A stretch of 64,000 nucleotides of DNA, taken from Octopus sinensis. Lineage: Eukaryota. Positions 36,196-48,571 of the stretch are shown here, in pieces (the stretch's first letter is position 1; each line of letters starts with the position of its first letter). Below the pieces are notes generated by a model. It ran no database searches. It was given only the letters and a program-made list of their open reading frames with translations, and was not told where the DNA came from. The DNA lies in contig NC_043020.1 of assembly GCF_006345805.1 (NCBI RefSeq), positions 22,320,001 through 22,384,000 of the forward strand. Reading direction: 5' to 3'. Both the position numbers and the translations under genes were made by a program.

Positions 36196-37994
36196 GTAAA
36201 TTCCTTTTTCCATTTTTCTTTTAATTTCTTTCACCATTCTTAAAATCCTGACTGACACACTACAATCTACACCAAATTTGATACTAATATTCGATTTTAC
36301 ATGCAGGCTGTGACCTGGCAGTGTTGTTAGAACATTGGATGAAATGCCTAATTATGTTTCAATCCATTGTGACATGAGTTCAAATCCCGCTGGAGCTGAC
36401 TTTGAATTTCATCTTTTTTTGGGGTGATAAATTGAATACCAGTTGAGCTTTTGGGATTGATGTAATCGAGTGATCTTTTCCTCCTAGAATTTCTGGCCTT
36501 GGGCTAAAATTTGAAGCCTTTATCAGATTTGCTTGACATAGTAGCTGAATCTTCCTTGGACCACACTCTACTGTTTAAAAAAAAAAGGGAAATATTAGGT
36601 CCATAAGAGAAGGTCCAGTCGTGACCATCCCATCTTTTATTCAGACATTATTGCTTGTTCTTTTTTCTTATACAATAATAATGTGATTTGGTTGTCAGTT
36701 AACCCTGACTGAATAAAATGTTCCAGCCACGACCATCTCGTCTATTTTGGAAGGTGGGAGTCGAGTGTTACCTAGAACTATATTATTTACTGTTTTAATT
36801 AGAATGTTGATGTGTAATTTAAGGGGAATGTGGCTGTTATTTTCAGCAAGCCTTACATCTCCATTTTGAAGTAAATAACTCTTGATTCAAGGGAGGCTAC
36901 TCTTCACCATCGCTTAATTCGTAAATTCGATTAAAAATATATTGGTGTTGTTTCATCACCGAAAACCGCGTTAATTATTGTCAATTAACTTTACTAATTA
37001 ATAACAACAATTAAATCCCAGTCAGGGTATTTTGTAATTGTTGTTGTAGATGAAGTAGAAAAACAGAATCAAACAAAATTCTTTTCTGATTCGGAGTCAA
37101 TAGGTGTTTGCTTGAGATATATATATATATATATATCTCATCATCATCATCGTTATTTAATGTTTCGTCTTCTATCCTGACATGAGTTGGACGGCTTAAC
37201 AGGATCTGGCAAGCCAGAGAGTTGCACCAGACTCTAATTGTCTGTTCTGGCAGGGTTTCTATGGCTGGATGGCTTTTCCTAATGCCAACCCCTTTACAGA
37301 ATATACTGGATGCCTTTTTTTACATGGCGCTTTTTATATGACATCACCATATATATATATATATATATATATGTATAGATAGATAGATAGATAGATAGAG
37401 ATATAAGTAGGAGGAGAGGAATGTCATGACAGCTCAGCTCTTATGGTTTCTTTTACCTTTTCCCTTTTCCCTAGTGTCCTTTATAGAATGAGAGTGACAG
37501 GTTTCCTCCTCAGGTAATGCCACAATCTGCTCACACTCTCAAATCCTCAAGTAATCACTCCTAATCGTAATTAAATTTCATGGTTTTTCCAGTAATGATA
37601 TTAAATATCAAAAACTAGAATCGATATTTTCTGCAAGTCGTTTTGCCTCAATAAACTCAACAGAAAATGGTTTCAAACTTGACATTCCCCAACAAAAGAC
37701 AGATTGGTTTCTACAGTTTAGGGTTAATGTAATTTTGAGTTAATTTATCTGCTTTTTACTGTAAAGGGGTTCATTCTACATGTGCTCCACAAACTGGTAG
37801 CTGATCACTTGAGAGTAGACTGTCTTACTATCCCATTAAGGGAAGTGGAGCCAGTGATATCTCCTTTATAACACACCATAACATGGGAGCTAAACAGGAT
37901 TCCTAATTCAATAAATGGTGAGTTAGCATCTTTGTTGTAGGCATTGTGTAGGTTCATTTGATCCTAGGGGTTCAACCCTTGAGCAAGAAACTTA

Positions 37995-39265
37995 CGAGGG
38001 GCGTTCAATAAGTAATGCCCCTGACCCACTTCCCATAGCAGTAGAGCAACAACACTTGGCACAGTTATTAGTCTTTTCCTACATAGGAACTACCCAGAGT
38101 TATGCATTTCTCCCATCGTTTGATACAGCTCTGGAGACCGTTTTTGTAGAAGACCCCAGCTTGGTCCTCCAACCACGACGTGACTTCAGAAATCAAGGCT
38201 GCATCATCTGGGAAACGCTTTCCTTTCAAAATCAACTTCATGGCTGGGAAGAGGCGAAAATCAGAGGGTGCAAGGGGAGGAGTTCATAGCTGCACGCCTG
38301 TGCTTCTGATCTGGCGACACGCGAGTTGTGGACCGGAGCGTTGTCCTGCAGGAGGAGGATGCCTTTGCTGATCTTGCCCCGCCTCTTGATTTTGATAGCT
38401 TCTCTTAATTTCCTCAAAAGTGAAGCATAATAGGCTCCTGTAATTGTGGTACCCTTTGCCAGGAAATCTGTCATCACTACTCCGTCCTGGTCCCAGAAGA
38501 CTGTGAGCATAACCTTGTCAGCGGAGGGCTGCACCCTTGCCTTCTTTGGAGGAGGTGAGTCACGGTGCTTTCACTGCATTGACTGGGCTTTGGTCTATGG
38601 ATCATAGTGATGGACCCAGGTTTTATCCTGTGTGATCAGTCTTTTGAAAAATTTTGACTCATCTTCTTGGCACATCTCCAAATTCATCTTCGAGCACTCA
38701 ACGCGTTCTTGCTTCTGGAAAGGTGTGAGCAACCTGGAAATCCATCTGGCAGACACCTTTTTGCATATGCAAATGGTCATGAATGATAGTTTCCACAGAC
38801 CTGGTACTAATCTTGACCTTATGGGCTATTTGGCGAATAGTTATGCGTTGACCTTCCAAAATGGCAGCCTCAACTTGACGGACAGACGTCTCATCAACGG
38901 CAGAAGAGGGCGACTAGATCTGGGAACTGTTTCCACAGAGTTCTGACTATGTTTGAATTCACAATGCCAGCGTTTTACAAGGTCATATGATGGGGCATCA
39001 TCACCATAAGTTACTTTCATTTCATCAAAAGTCTCCTGTGGTGTGCGTCCTTTCAAATACAAAAACCAGATCACTGCTCGACACTCAACAGGCTCCATTT
39101 CACACTTGACTCCGTTCAAACACCTGTAAATCAGAAACCACAATTAGTTCAGAGCTGTAATTCGCCACTTAATCTATAGAGGTATAAATAAGTGCACATG
39201 CAAAATTTCAGCTAGATCAAACAACTGCAAGTGGGTCAGGGGCATTACTTATTGAACGCCCCTCG
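37995..39265 (-). mobile_element. Mariner (irritans/Himar-like DD34D) transposon, defective, in CTH intron 5
   Basis: 37-bp perfect TIRs CGAGGGGCGTTCAATAAGTAATGCCCCTGACCCACTT, TA TSD on both sides, fragmented transposase (WISRLL, ITQDKTW, QDNAP). Confidence 0.95.
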
Positions 39266-39391
39266 TAACTACACATAAAAACAAAACATTATTAACCTCA
39301 GTGTTGTTTCAAATCTCTGTATTTCCTTTGATGTTCGAAACTTTGATCTTTTTGATTGCTATTTTTTTCTCATTTTCCTCACCTATTTTAG

Positions 39392-39449
39392 CGACCCTTG
39401 GATTTTGGTGCTGACATCGTGGTTCATTCGATGACCAAATATATGAATG
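39392..39449 (+). CDS. CTH: CTH exon 6 with the PLP-binding lysine (RPLDFGADIVVHSMTKYMN)
   Basis: TAG acceptor, GTATGT donor; Lys codon AAA at 39437-39439 in SxTKY. Confidence 0.97.
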
Positions 39450-39472
39450 GTATGTATGATTATTATTATTAT

Positions 39473-40335
39473 GGCAGTGAGCTGGCAGAAGTCTTAACTC
39501 ACTGGGCAAAATGCTTAGCAGCATTTCATCTGTCTTTACGTTCCGAGTTCAAATTCTGCCGAGGTCGACTTTACCTTTCATCTTTTCAGGGTCGATAAGT
39601 ATCAGTGAAATGCTGGGGTTGATGTAATCGACTAGTCTGCTCCCCCAAAATATCAGGCCTTGTGCCTTTAGTAGAAAGGATTATTATTATCATCATTATG
39701 GTAGTGAGCAAGATGGTGAACTGGCAGAATCGTTATTGTGCCAGGCAAAATGCTGAGTGATATTTTGTCAGTCCTTATGTTCTGAGTTCAAATTCCATTG
39801 AGGTCAACTTTGCATTTCATTCTTCTGGGGTTGATGAAGTACCAGTTATGCCCTGGATCAATTGAAATTGCTGATCTTGTGCCAAAATTTGAAACCATTG
39901 TTATTATGATGGTGAGCTGGCAGAATCACTTAGCAGTATTTCGTGTGTCTTTACGTTCTGAGTTCAAATTCCACTGAGGTCAACTTTATGTTTTATCCTT
40001 TTAGGGTTGATAAAATAAGTACCAGTTGTGTACTGGGGGAGATGGATGTAATTAGCTCAGACTTGCTGGCCTTGTGCGTAAATTTGAAACTAATTATTAT
40101 GACCGTTAATCTTCAGGCAGTGATCTGATTGAATTGTTGGACGAAAGGTTTAATGACATTTTTTATGGTTTTATATTCTGAGTTCAAATCCCACTGAAGC
40201 CAATTCTGCTTTTCATTCTTTTGGGGAATCAGAAAGTTGTGTACCAGTTACGTACAGGAGTCAATGCAACTGACTAGCCCCTTCCCTCCCTCAAAATTCC
40301 TGAACTTGGTTCCTTTAGCAGAAAGGATTATTATT
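39473..40335 (+). mobile_element. Second head-to-tail array of the ~230-bp SINE (4 units plus a partial)
   Basis: Same family as 26920-27838; starts 24 nt after the exon 6 donor. Confidence 0.85.
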
Positions 40336-40877
40336 GAGTTTCTTATTTCAGCACAAGGCCAGCAATTCTGGTCCTTTGTTTTGTTGGCCCAGAAAGGCGG
40401 AAAGGCAAAGATGGTCTTAGTGGGATTTGAACCCAGAACATTAAAAGATACAACAAATTCCATAAAACATTTTGAAGTTTTTGTTATTTCTTCTGATTCT
40501 TTCATCTGCAACTATGGAAAAGTGGGCATTAAAATAATGTTGATGATAACAGTGATGATGATGTTGATAGTGATAATGATGGTGGTGATGATGGTGATGA
40601 TGATAATGATGGTGGTGATGGTGATGATGATGGTGGTGATGGTGCCCTCCTAGTATGTGGCCTTGTGTTTATGGAGTGACTGTCAATTCACTTGAAGGGA
40701 CAGATGGAAGGGCTTTGCTATTGTGCCTTTCCTTCTTTTACAAATCAGCAAATGAAAAAATAATAAAAAAATATTTTAAAAACGAAAAAAAGTATGACCT
40801 GCTCCTCCTGCACTTCCCCTCCCCACCTCTGGCATGATGCCTTCTTGTTACTAATCCTCATTGCTCTATTCTTGCAG

Positions 40878-40955
40878 GTCACTCCGATGCAGTGATGGGC
40901 TGCATTGCACTCAACGATGACAAAATGGCAGCAAGGTTGCGATTCCTACAAAATG
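40878..40955 (+). CDS. CTH: CTH exon 7 (GHSDAVMGCIALNDDKMAARLRFLQN)
   Basis: CAG acceptor, GTAAAA donor; GHSDxVMG and RLRFLQN. Confidence 0.96.
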
Positions 40956-41218
40956 GTAAAACTCAAAGAATTTCTTCCTTCATTTTGGCATTTTGCAGCT
41001 GTGTGTGTGTATGCATGTGTATGTTTGCATGTATGTATGTGTGTGTGTAGGTGTATATTAGAGGAGAGAAAGAGAGGAAGTTTGAGTGTTGGCAGTGTGT
41101 ACATAGATATCTGTATATATGTATGTGTTTGTATATATTGTAGGCATGTATATAATATCCACCCCTATCTACAAGCATGTACCCCTATTATGTAACTGAA
41201 ATTCTCCCTTTTTTACAG

Positions 41219-41371
41219 CTTGTGGTGCTGTCCCTTCCCCTTTTGACTGTTACCTTGTGAATCGGGGACTGAAGACTCTTCATGTCCGAATGAAGGAACA
41301 CCAGAAAAATGGTTTGGCAGTGGCAAAGTTCTTGGAGAATAATCCACGAGTGGTGAAGATTCTACACCCAG
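41219..41371 (+). CDS. CTH: CTH exon 8 (ACGAVPSPFDCYLVNRGLKTLHVRM...RVVKILHP)
   Basis: CAG acceptor, GTAGGA donor; GAVPSPFDCYLxNRGLKTL. Confidence 0.97.
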
Positions 41372-41786
41372 GTAGGACAAGGATAACTTTTGGGTCTTCT
41401 TTTGTTTTTCTGTTATTTTGGGATCAACTGAAAGAAATTGTGTGTGTGTGTGTGTGTGTGTGCTGAATATAGGTGAAAGATAAATCAAACAAAACAAAAT
41501 AAAACAATAAAATGTGGGTGTGAGAAAAACTACTTTCTTAACTACCCACCCCGTCTCTTTCACCCACGCTCTTTCTCTCTTGCTCACATATACACTCTCT
41601 CCCTATCACTTTTTCTCTGTCTTATATACTCCCTCTCTTACAGTCTATTTCCTTCTCTCTTTCCCTTAAACATACACACAGACCTTGTCTGCCTTGCCCA
41701 CAGTCTCTCATATAATCTATCTCTCTCTCACTCTCTCTTTCACATGCCCACTCTCTCTCACACTTTCTCTCTCCATTTTCCCACAG

Positions 41787-41908
41787 GCCTCCCCTCTCAT
41801 CCTCAATACGAACTGGCCAAACGACAGATGCGAGGATTTAGTGGAATGGTATCTCTCTACATCAAAGGTGGAATTGAAGAATCCAAGAAATTTCTCCAAA
41901 ACTTAAAG
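41787..41908 (+). CDS. CTH: CTH exon 9 (GLPSHPQYELAKRQMRGFSGMVSLYIKGGIEESKKFLQNLK)
   Basis: CAG acceptor, GTAAAT donor; GLPSHPQ motif. Confidence 0.97.
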
Positions 41909-42097
41909 GTAAATTCTTCTTCCCTGCCATCCATCTCTTATTCACATCATAGTGTCTTACTTCTGTGATCAATGACCCAGGGTTAAACAGTTTCTCTCTC
42001 TTTATATCTTTGTTTCTCAATTCCCGTTGCTTATCACCCCCACCTGCATTTATATCTGTATCTCTTCTCTCCCTCTCCAGACTCTTAGAGTTCCATA

Positions 42098-42247
42098 TGG
42101 CTGTGTGGTAAGAAACTTGCTTCCTAACCACATAGTTTTAGGTTCAGTCCCATTGTGTGGCACCTTGGTCAAGTGTCTCTTCAGCTTTGGGCCGACCAAA
42201 GCCTTGTTAATAGATTTGCTAGTCGGAAACTGAAAGAAGCCCGTCGC

Positions 42248-42318
<71 letters not shown>

Positions 42319-42517
42319 AACACATGTATGTGTCTGTCTCCTCACCATTGCTTGACAAGCAATGTGGTGTGTTTATGTCCCCGTAACTTAGCGGTTCAGC
42401 AAAAGAGACCAATAGAATAAGTATTTAGCTTACAAAGAATACGTCCTGGGATCGATTTATTCGACTAAAGGCGGTACTCCAGCGTGGCCGCAGTCAAATG
42501 ACTGAAACAAGTAAAAA
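42098..42517 (+). mobile_element. OK-like tRNA-derived SINE copy with expanded central (TA)n
   Basis: Colinear with the 4667-5023 family. Confidence 0.85.
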
Positions 42518-44155
42518 AATAAAAGAAAAAATGTTCTGATTCATTTTTATGTTGTTAATTCCATTGTTGACATACGTCATATTAGAAGTTCTGGCATTGT
42601 TGGTAGTAAGGTGACCCTACGGGAAAAATGAACCCTAATGAACGGTAAAAGAATTCGGACCAAACGAGGCCTTCGTTAAACTGAAATTTCTTAAACGTTG
42701 TATATGGCATCTGATAGATTTGTCAGTGCCAAACAGTTTAAAGACAGCTTGGATTTGTTTAATCTCATGAAATTTAACTCTATGGAAACGAAAGAAAAGA
42801 TTAATAGAGATGTATAAGTTTAAATTGGTGAGGTGAGTTGGATGGGAATCTCTTTGGGATGCGGAATGCGTTTTAAAGGTCCTCCAAAAGTCACGAAGGC
42901 CAAAAATAACGCTATTAAAAATTCGGACACTAAATTGTGTAAGGGAAGCAACTCTGGAATAGACAAGGGAAATAACTCGTGCTGCACTGCTTTAAAAGCT
43001 CTTTTTAAAACTTAGTGAAGTCGGAAGGTAGTGACAGTGGGGGAAGGATATTCCCCTAAGCCGCAAAACCTATCCTGAATGCTTGCAACTGTCTGTCCTC
43101 TATTATAACACCTTCGCCAGGTACCTGGCGAAAGTGTTTATAACAGGAGATGCATGCATTCCACCACCCAAGTAGAGATTATGGCAGGATTTGAACTCAG
43201 AATGGAAAAATCCGTAACAAATACCGAAGGGCACTAGGCTCTGGAATTCTTTAAGTTCTTGGGATTTAACGCCTTGGATTCGAACGTTTTTAACGACACT
43301 GAATGGTTGAAAGATAAAGTTGACCTCTGCAGGATTTGAACTCAGAGCATAGAGAAGTGGAAACAAATGCCACAAAGCATTGTATCTGATGCTCTAACGA
43401 CTCTGCCATTTCGTCTTCATCGAAGAAAACCATTTTGGAATGTGATGATGATGTTTCTTTTGTTTTTTCTCAATTTTTTCACGATTTCAGGGAAATTTGA
43501 TAAAAATATTTTAGGTGCTGTGGAGATGGCAAACTCCTGGCTTCAGGTTCAGTCCCACTGTGCAGCACCTTCGGCTGGCATCTTCTATAGGCCCAGGTCA
43601 GTCAGTTCCTTGCGAACAGAATTGGTCAACAGAAACTGTTGCACATTGTGTGTGTGTATTATAATAGAATAATTACTATGTAGTATTGTGTAGAATATAT
43701 TGTATAAAAGAATTGAGGGTAAGGCCAAAACAATGCGAAGTAAATGAAAGGTAAATCACAAGAAAACAAATATACGAATTAATGTAGACTTACCTTGTAT
43801 TCAATATTTCGGGGTTGTGACCTTATTTTCAAGAAATTGATGAATGTTGCTGATGTGCGTTGCATTTACTTCATTGTTTTGGCCTTACGATCTTTTATAC
43901 AATATATATATATAAAATTATAAATTAGGGTATCTACGAGATACCACCATGCTGAAAATAGCAGCCATGAACTGACTCTAAAACCACAATAAGTTTTCAT
44001 ATAGCAACATATGTTGCTATATGAAAATTATCTCGTAGATACCCTAATTTATAATTTTAATAATTATTACCTTTGAAGGTTATCTTTTCCATGCTGACCA
44101 CTTGATAAGTTCATTATTTTATTTTAAATTAACGATCTTATCCTTATTTATATCA

Positions 44156-44202
<47 letters not shown>

Positions 44203-44758
44203 ATGTGTGTGCATCTTTATATCTGTTTCTCACCCCTTACCCACTGTTTGACAACCAGTGTTGGTTTGTTTGTCCCTTTAACTTAACAGATTGGTATTTA
44301 TTTTATCGGACTCTTTTGCCAAATTCAGAAAGAAACTAAGCCCCCACGACCCCCCCCCCCAAAAAAAAAACCCATGACATAAATTCTAGGGTTAATTTGC
44401 TTAATTAAAAACATGGTGAGCTGGCAGAAACATTAGCATGCCGGGCGAAATGCTTAGTGGTATTTCATTTGTCTTTACCTCCTGAGTTCAAATTCTGCCA
44501 AGGTTGACTTTTTCCTCCTTTTCAGGGTTGATAAATTAAATACCAGTTGCATACTGGGGTCAGTCTAATCGACTGGTCTGCTCTCCTAAAATTTTGGGCC
44601 TCGGGCCTAGAATAGAAAAGAATTTGCTTGATTAAAACTCTCAGACCAATAACTGAAACAAGTAAAAAATAAAAACAAAAGTTTGTATCATTGAAAAGCT
44701 AATTATTTTAATTATTTATTTTAATTGCAATGTGTTCTTTGATTTATTTTCTTTCTAG

Positions 44759-44811
44759 CTTTTCACAACAGCTGAAAGTTTAGGAGGCTTCGAAAGTCTT
44801 ATTGAATTGCC
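44759..44811 (+). CDS. CTH: CTH exon 10 (LFTTAESLGGFESLIELP)
   Basis: TAG acceptor, GTGAGT donor; AESLGGFESL motif; absent from the ORF track. Confidence 0.96.
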
Positions 44812-44911
44812 GTGAGTTGCATTTAATATTTATTGATGCTGTTGTAGTTGTTTGGCTCCAGGTGGTTTGGGTTCAATTCTGCTTTCCCTTCTTTAACTCT
44901 TCAGCATTTAA

Positions 44912-45124
44912 TCCTTTTGTTACCATATTTCTGTTGAGATACTGTTTTTCTTTCAATTAATTTTAAATATAAAGAATTTAGTAAAATAACTTCGTTATCA
45001 TTAAGCTAGTGTTAGGAACATAAATTGAGGCTAAGGTTTAGTGGAAAGTTTTAATTCAGAACTTTTCAAAACAAGACGTACTACATAGCCAGAGGCGGTT
45101 TCAGGTGGGTTGGTATCAAAAGGG
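44912..45124. mobile_element. TTAA-flanked (piggyBac-type) MITE nested in an older element
   Basis: TTAA|TCCTTTTGTTACC ... GGTATCAAAAGGG|TTAA. Confidence 0.65.
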
Positions 45125-45897
45125 TTAAACCAACCATATTTATGCTCAAACATAAATCTGACCTCTCACACCAATCCTATAATATCATTTTAAAAACTAA
45201 GTTACCATATCTGGCCAAAGTATTCTACTTGTTTTATGCTGGAACTGACCAGATGCTGTCTATCATACTTACCCTACAATGCCATTCTAATAATTAACAC
45301 TTATCAAAATTCTGAAGTTACAAGGTAATGCATGATTGATTCAAAAGAATAAAGAAATAATCTAACCAAATAATCTGAATACTTAATGTTAAACTTCTCC
45401 ATTCCTCTGTGTACATTGTTCTGGTCTCTGTAAACGAACCTGTAATGTTTCAAAGATGTTTGGACAGGGCCATACCCTTCCTTTGTTAAGAACTCAATGA
45501 TGGCACAATGCTTCTGCTTGCAGCTCATGTTTTGCCTGCAATGAAGAAAAACAGGAACATCAGTCAATAGAAAGAAAGAATTCTTCAAATTGCATAAATT
45601 GGTTGAATGTCTTTTGTCAGTTAATAAAAAAAACCTAGTTTTGCTTTCCTTTCTGTGTACCTTTTGTATTTCATTATTTTTAAGGCAGTGAGCTGGCAGA
45701 AATGTTAGTACACCAGGTAAAATGCTTAGCGGTAATTTGTCTGTCTTGACATTCTGGTTGACTTTGCCTTTTTACCCCAACTATCCTCTTTATTTCCTTT
45801 TACTCTTAAATCCCTTGACCTCTGCTGCCCACCCTCTACACTCCTCACAGCCATCTCCTTTAAACGTTTCTTTCCTGTTCTCTTGCCCAATCAACAG

Positions 45898-46036
45898 AGC
45901 AATTATGACTCATGCGTCCGTCCCAGAATTTCAAAGAGTGCAGCTTGGTCTTGGAGATAACTTGATCCGATTATCTGTTGGAATTGAATGTGAAGAAGAT
46001 TTAATTGCAGATATTGACCAAGCCTTAAAAATAGCC
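45898..46036 (+). CDS. CTH: CTH exon 11 (AIMTHASVPEFQRVQLGLGDNLIRLSVGIECEEDLIADIDQALKIA)
   Basis: CAG acceptor, GTAAGT donor; PAIMTHAS and LIRLSVG motifs. Confidence 0.97.
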
Positions 46037-46757
46037 GTAAGTAAAGCATTTTGGCCTCTAATTCTCTTCTTTCATTGTATTTTATTAATGTTTTTGGTTA
46101 GAATTTGCTGAATCGGTCATGATGACAGCATGTCAGAAATGTAGAGAATCACAAGAATTGCTAGTCTGGATTGGCAATGCAGTAGTGATGGTCATTAATG
46201 CTATCGATTGTCTATTGCTTGACTTGCATATGTCACTCCTCAAACCTGCATACATACATCATCATCATTTAATGTCCGTTGTCCATGCTGGCATGGGTTG
46301 GACGGTTTGGCCATGGCTGGCAAGGTTGGAGAGCTTCAATATGTTCCAGTTTGATTTGGCATGGTTTCTACAGCTGGATGTCCTTCCTAACGCCAACCAC
46401 TTTACAGAATGTGCTGGGTGCTTTTACGTGGCACTGGCACAGGACTCTTGTAGGCCAATCCTCACCACCAGGGGGAGCAGCCTTAGCATTTCTGCTGTGG
46501 AGGATGGGTCTTCTTGAGTAGAGCAAAGTGCTAGGTATCCCAGCCCTTTGTCATATCTGAAAGGTTCAGCATCTTGAGGTCACGAGAGAGAGATTTATCT
46601 ATGTGTGTGTGTAACCTATGCAGGTAAATAAACCAGGTAAATTTAACTATTTCTCTGTCGATTGAAAAAACCTTATTGGATTCTCTCTCTGTTATTAAAT
46701 GCACCATTTACCATTTTGAATATATTGCTTTCTAACATTTTCCCTAAATTCTTTCAG

Positions 46758-46769
46758 ATTCCTGAGTAA
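46758..46769 (+). CDS. CTH: CTH terminal coding exon 12 (IPE-stop)
   Basis: TTCTTTCAG acceptor then ATT CCT GAG TAA in phase 0, followed by AT-rich UTR-like sequence; AATAAA at 46787-46792 and more near 47.8 kb. Confidence 0.8.
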   Translation: MPE

Positions 46770-47239
46770 ATCCAGTGAACAATAATAATAAAAACCATGA
46801 ATTACTTTGCCAAAATGAACATGAAATACGAAAAAATTCCAGAAAATATTTCATTTTTCCATTTTATTTTTCTGAAATCTTATTTTATTATGGGGTTCTA
46901 TCTGTGGACCATGGCCTTGCATGGGCATAACTCAAGTTTTGGTTTTTATTTAGTACACACACCGTCACCGCATATATTTGTTATCAAAATTAATCAGTCC
47001 CAAACAGTTTATTCAAGCTAATTGTCAGACATGGTTATCAGAATTTCAAAAGAAACCATTACACCACTACTACAAGTATTATTAATGTGGTTTATTTCTG
47101 CAGTGGCAAGATCAAAGCAACAGGTGCACTAGCTACAGAGATATGGCAAGTAAAATGATGGTGGTGGTGGAATTGTATGTGTTGGTGCTGGAAATGGAAG
47201 TATGTGTTGATATCATTGGTGTGGTTGACAGTATTATTG

Positions 47240-47279
<40 letters not shown>

Positions 47280-48253
47280 TGTATATGTACGTATCTTTTA
47301 TAAGAAATATTCTTAATAAGGTGCTAAAATCTTTCCTCCTTTTCTGACTCGTGCTTTCTGTTTGTTTTTTTCTTTGGCTTCTCATATTTAGCATTAATCA
47401 ATTTACCAATTAATTACCCCCGACTCTAATCGCTTTTTTTCAGCAAACTTTGTAGTTAGAAGTCTTTTAAATTTGTTGTGTGGATGAGTGGTGTGCGTGT
47501 GTACACGTTTGAAGATATTCCTTTGCTGGAAGAGGGAACTTTATTCTGCCGAAACTTCTAGGAAGTCTTTTAAGCAACTGATGGTGTAAAATTCCCTTAA
47601 GTCGCTTGAAGGGTTGACAAGTAGCAACAGAATGGAGCAAAAGAAAATACCCCAATCAAAATCTTAATAAACTTTTATACACACACATACTCATGTGTAT
47701 ATGTATATGCAATTATAGTGTGGATATACAGAGTGGGATAGGAGATGATTTATTTAAAGAGAAATATATTTTTAAATTTTGAAATAAAAATGGAAAATGC
47801 ATGGAAAGTGGAATAAAAATAAAATTGGTAAAAATAACGTTTGTTTTACTGTTTTAATTAGTTTGTTTTCAGAAGAATTAACCATAAATGGAACTTGGAG
47901 GAATTTCAGACTTCCTTACATTCAAGAATGAATAATTTCTGTCAAAGAAAATATTTCTTTCTTTCTTTTTTTTTTTTTTGTGTGTGTGTCCGTGTGTCCA
48001 AAACAACATAAGTCATTACAGAAAGAAGAAATTGAACTCAGAACAAATGGGGCTGGATTTCAATCAAATTGGATCTTATTAACTCTGGAAAGTTTTTGGT
48101 ATTTTGTGTGTTTTTCATTCTGAACTTGGCTATCTGTTGGGCATTCTATCTATTTCCCTGTCTCTCTATCACTGTCTGTCTGTCTATTTGTGTCTCTTTC
48201 CCTGTCTGTCAGTGTTGAGTATACATGTGTGCTCACACAGGTATGTATTTTTG

Positions 48254-48290
<37 letters not shown>

Positions 48291-48504
48291 GTATTCAACA
48301 GTTTGGAGTATTGTCTTCAGTGGCTCCCCCCCCCCCAAAAAAAAACAGGATGTACATCTAATAGAGCAAACAATATACAGGAACAGATGGTGTGTATAAA
48401 TGTGCATGTGTGATAAAATGCAAGCGAATATATAATTGTGTGCATATGTATACATAAATGTACATATTTATATATATATATATATATATACATGTGAGAG
48501 TTAC

Positions 48505-48571
<67 letters not shown>

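Larger units (their letters stand above)
1269..46769 (+). other. CTH: Cystathionine gamma-lyase gene span (12 coding exons, 397 aa)
   Basis: Exons of 162+82+96+107+132+58+78+153+122+53+139+12 = 1194 nt join in frame through GT-AG introns with matching phases. The protein carries Cys/Met-metabolism PLP-enzyme motifs: DYSRSGNPTR, ASGLAA, MYGGT, WIETPTNP, DNTF, SMTKYMNGHSD, AESLGGFESL, LIRLSVG. Confidence 0.97.

Noticed and set aside
37500-37990. Possible I/Jockey-type LINE 3' fossil
   Set aside because: Only a faint zinc-knuckle-like resemblance; too decayed to support.
45304-45588. 94-aa ORF with KQKHCAIIEFLTKEG
   Set aside because: At most a short mariner N-terminal remnant; too little to define an element or gene.
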